This document shows, one piece after another, positions 62,597 through 64,000 of a stretch of 64,000 nucleotides of DNA. A program made the position numbers and the translations under genes. The DNA comes from Eledone cirrhosa (taxonomy: Eukaryota). Location of the stretch: assembly GCA_964016885.1 (NCBI GenBank), contig OZ024741.1, positions 311,302,001 to 311,366,000 on the forward strand, given 5' to 3'. Below the pieces are notes generated by a model. That model saw only the letters and a program-made list of their open reading frames with translations, was not told the origin of the DNA and did not search any database. Within the stretch, counting starts at the first letter, position 1, and every line of letters begins with the position of its first letter.

Positions 62597-64000
62597 TAAA
62601 TTCATACAGTTCGACATAGAGAGCTACTATGATTCAATCACCTTACCGCTACTTACTGCCGCCTTGGAATTCGCGGAAACACTTGTGCCCATCACCGACC
62701 AGGAAAGAAAAATCATCCTCCACGCCAGGAAGACAGTCTTACTCTTTGACGACCTAAATGGATAAAAAGAGCTCCTGACTCACCCTTCGACGTCAGCATG
62801 GGCGCCACGGATTCGGCGGAGGTCACAGATCTTATAGGATTATTCCTAATAGCCAAACTCACTGATATGTTTCCTGCATTCGGTGGTGGATTGTACCGTG
62901 ATGATGGGCTCCTTACCGTTAAAGGGTACAACTCCAGTAGTACAGATCTGGTCCGGAAACAATTAATCAGCTTCTTCCGCGACTGGGGATTTAAAATAAC
63001 CCTACAAACGTCCCTGACCCGAGTAAACTTCCTGGACGTAACCCTCGACCTCGAAAACGACCTGTACTACCCATACAGGAAACCTAATGACAACCTGCAC
63101 TACATCCACCGCCGATCAAACCATCCTAGGAATATCACAAACAACCTGGTCAAAAACATCTCCCTCCGCATATCCCGTTTGTCAGCTAATGAGCGGATAT
63201 TCGATGAACATGCGCCTTATTACAACCAGGCCCTCAAGCGGAGTGGTTTCCAGGAGGAAATATCCTACTGTCCAGCTCCCATTAGCGGAACCAGCAGGAG
63301 ACACCGCCGCTCACGCAATGTAACATGGTTCAATCCTCCCCACAACGCAGAGGTGACAACTCCCATCGGGAAACTATTCTTTAGGCTCATTGCAAAACAC
63401 TTCCCACTACAACACCGCTACCACAACATAATTAACAAAAATACCATCAAACTCTCTTACAGCATTACACCAAACTTCGCACAAAACATCGTCTCCTCTA
63501 ACAACAAAAAACTCAACCCCGATGGCAGAAATAACCTAAATAGCAGTGGAGAACCGACCAGGAGGTGTAACTGTCCGGATAGATCCATTTGCCCACTCGG
63601 CAATAGATGCAGAGACCGTAATGTGATCTACCAGTGCAACGTGAGGACGGATACCTCCAACAAAGCCTGTATAGGACTTACCGCATGTGACTTCAAGACC
63701 CGGCTATACCAACATAGACATACCTTCCGAAACCCGGCCCGGCGTCACGCCACTACACTTTCGGGCCACAAATGGGACCTCAAGGACAACAACATCACCT
63801 ATGATCTCACTTGGAGATTACTGTCCAGAGCCAATTCTTACGCGGGAGGACGCCGTCCGTGTAATTTATGCTCGGAGGAAACTTTACAAATGCTGTTTTC
63901 GACGGACCAACTCCTAAACAAGAAAGATGAACTGGTTACTGCATGTAAACATAGATTGCGTAGGACTTACCTCGCCCTCAAACCCCATAATGACCCGGCG
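62597..64000 (+). mobile_element. Penelope-like element, inverted partner of 60259-62596; frame open from about 62757 to the window end
   Basis: FDIESYYDSI (RT motif A), one frameshift near 62755, then FDVSMGATDSAEV, GGLYRDDGLL, ... CNCPDRSICPLGNRC, VIYQC...CIG, CNLCSEE, CKHR with no stop before 64000, so it is missing from the ORF track. Confidence 0.88.

Noticed and set aside
57263-64000. Selenocysteine (in-frame TGA) use as reported for some Naiad PLEs
   Set aside because: The conserved Cys positions (CNC...CPL...C, CxxC, CxH) are TGT/TGC in both PLE families read here.

Overview
Eukaryotic, AT-rich, microsatellite-dense genomic DNA that is almost entirely transposable elements. The repeat complement (a Nin/Deu-domain tRNA-type SINE in about 9 copies, very dense TA/CA/TACA tracts) suggests an invertebrate, possibly a cephalopod; that is an inference. 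The only host coding sequence I can support is one 135-nt EGF-like exon (11075-11209, minus strand) inside a tandemly duplicated intron unit. The rest is: three R4/Dong-type RLE LINE copies, each abutting (ACAT)n; two Tx1/L1-clade LINEs; a near full-length RTE LINE with three C-terminal C2H2-type fingers; RTE and CR1 fragments; a head-to-tail cluster of Helitrons; and several Penelope-like elements (PLEs) with hammerhead-ribozyme motifs and inverted arrangements. The standout is a 13-kb block (37676-50725) that interrupts a Helitron and is flanked by a 21-bp direct repeat. It carries an almost pristine ~6.7-kb coding region (39562-46285, broken only by a +1 shift in an A7 run). This region encodes basic 15-aa repeats, a Cys-rich DUF6570-like region, an HUH-Y2 Rep, a PIF1 helicase and a C-terminal USP (peptidase C19) deubiquitinase-like domain with an intact Cys/His/Asp triad. 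All calls are by eye; no database searches were run.
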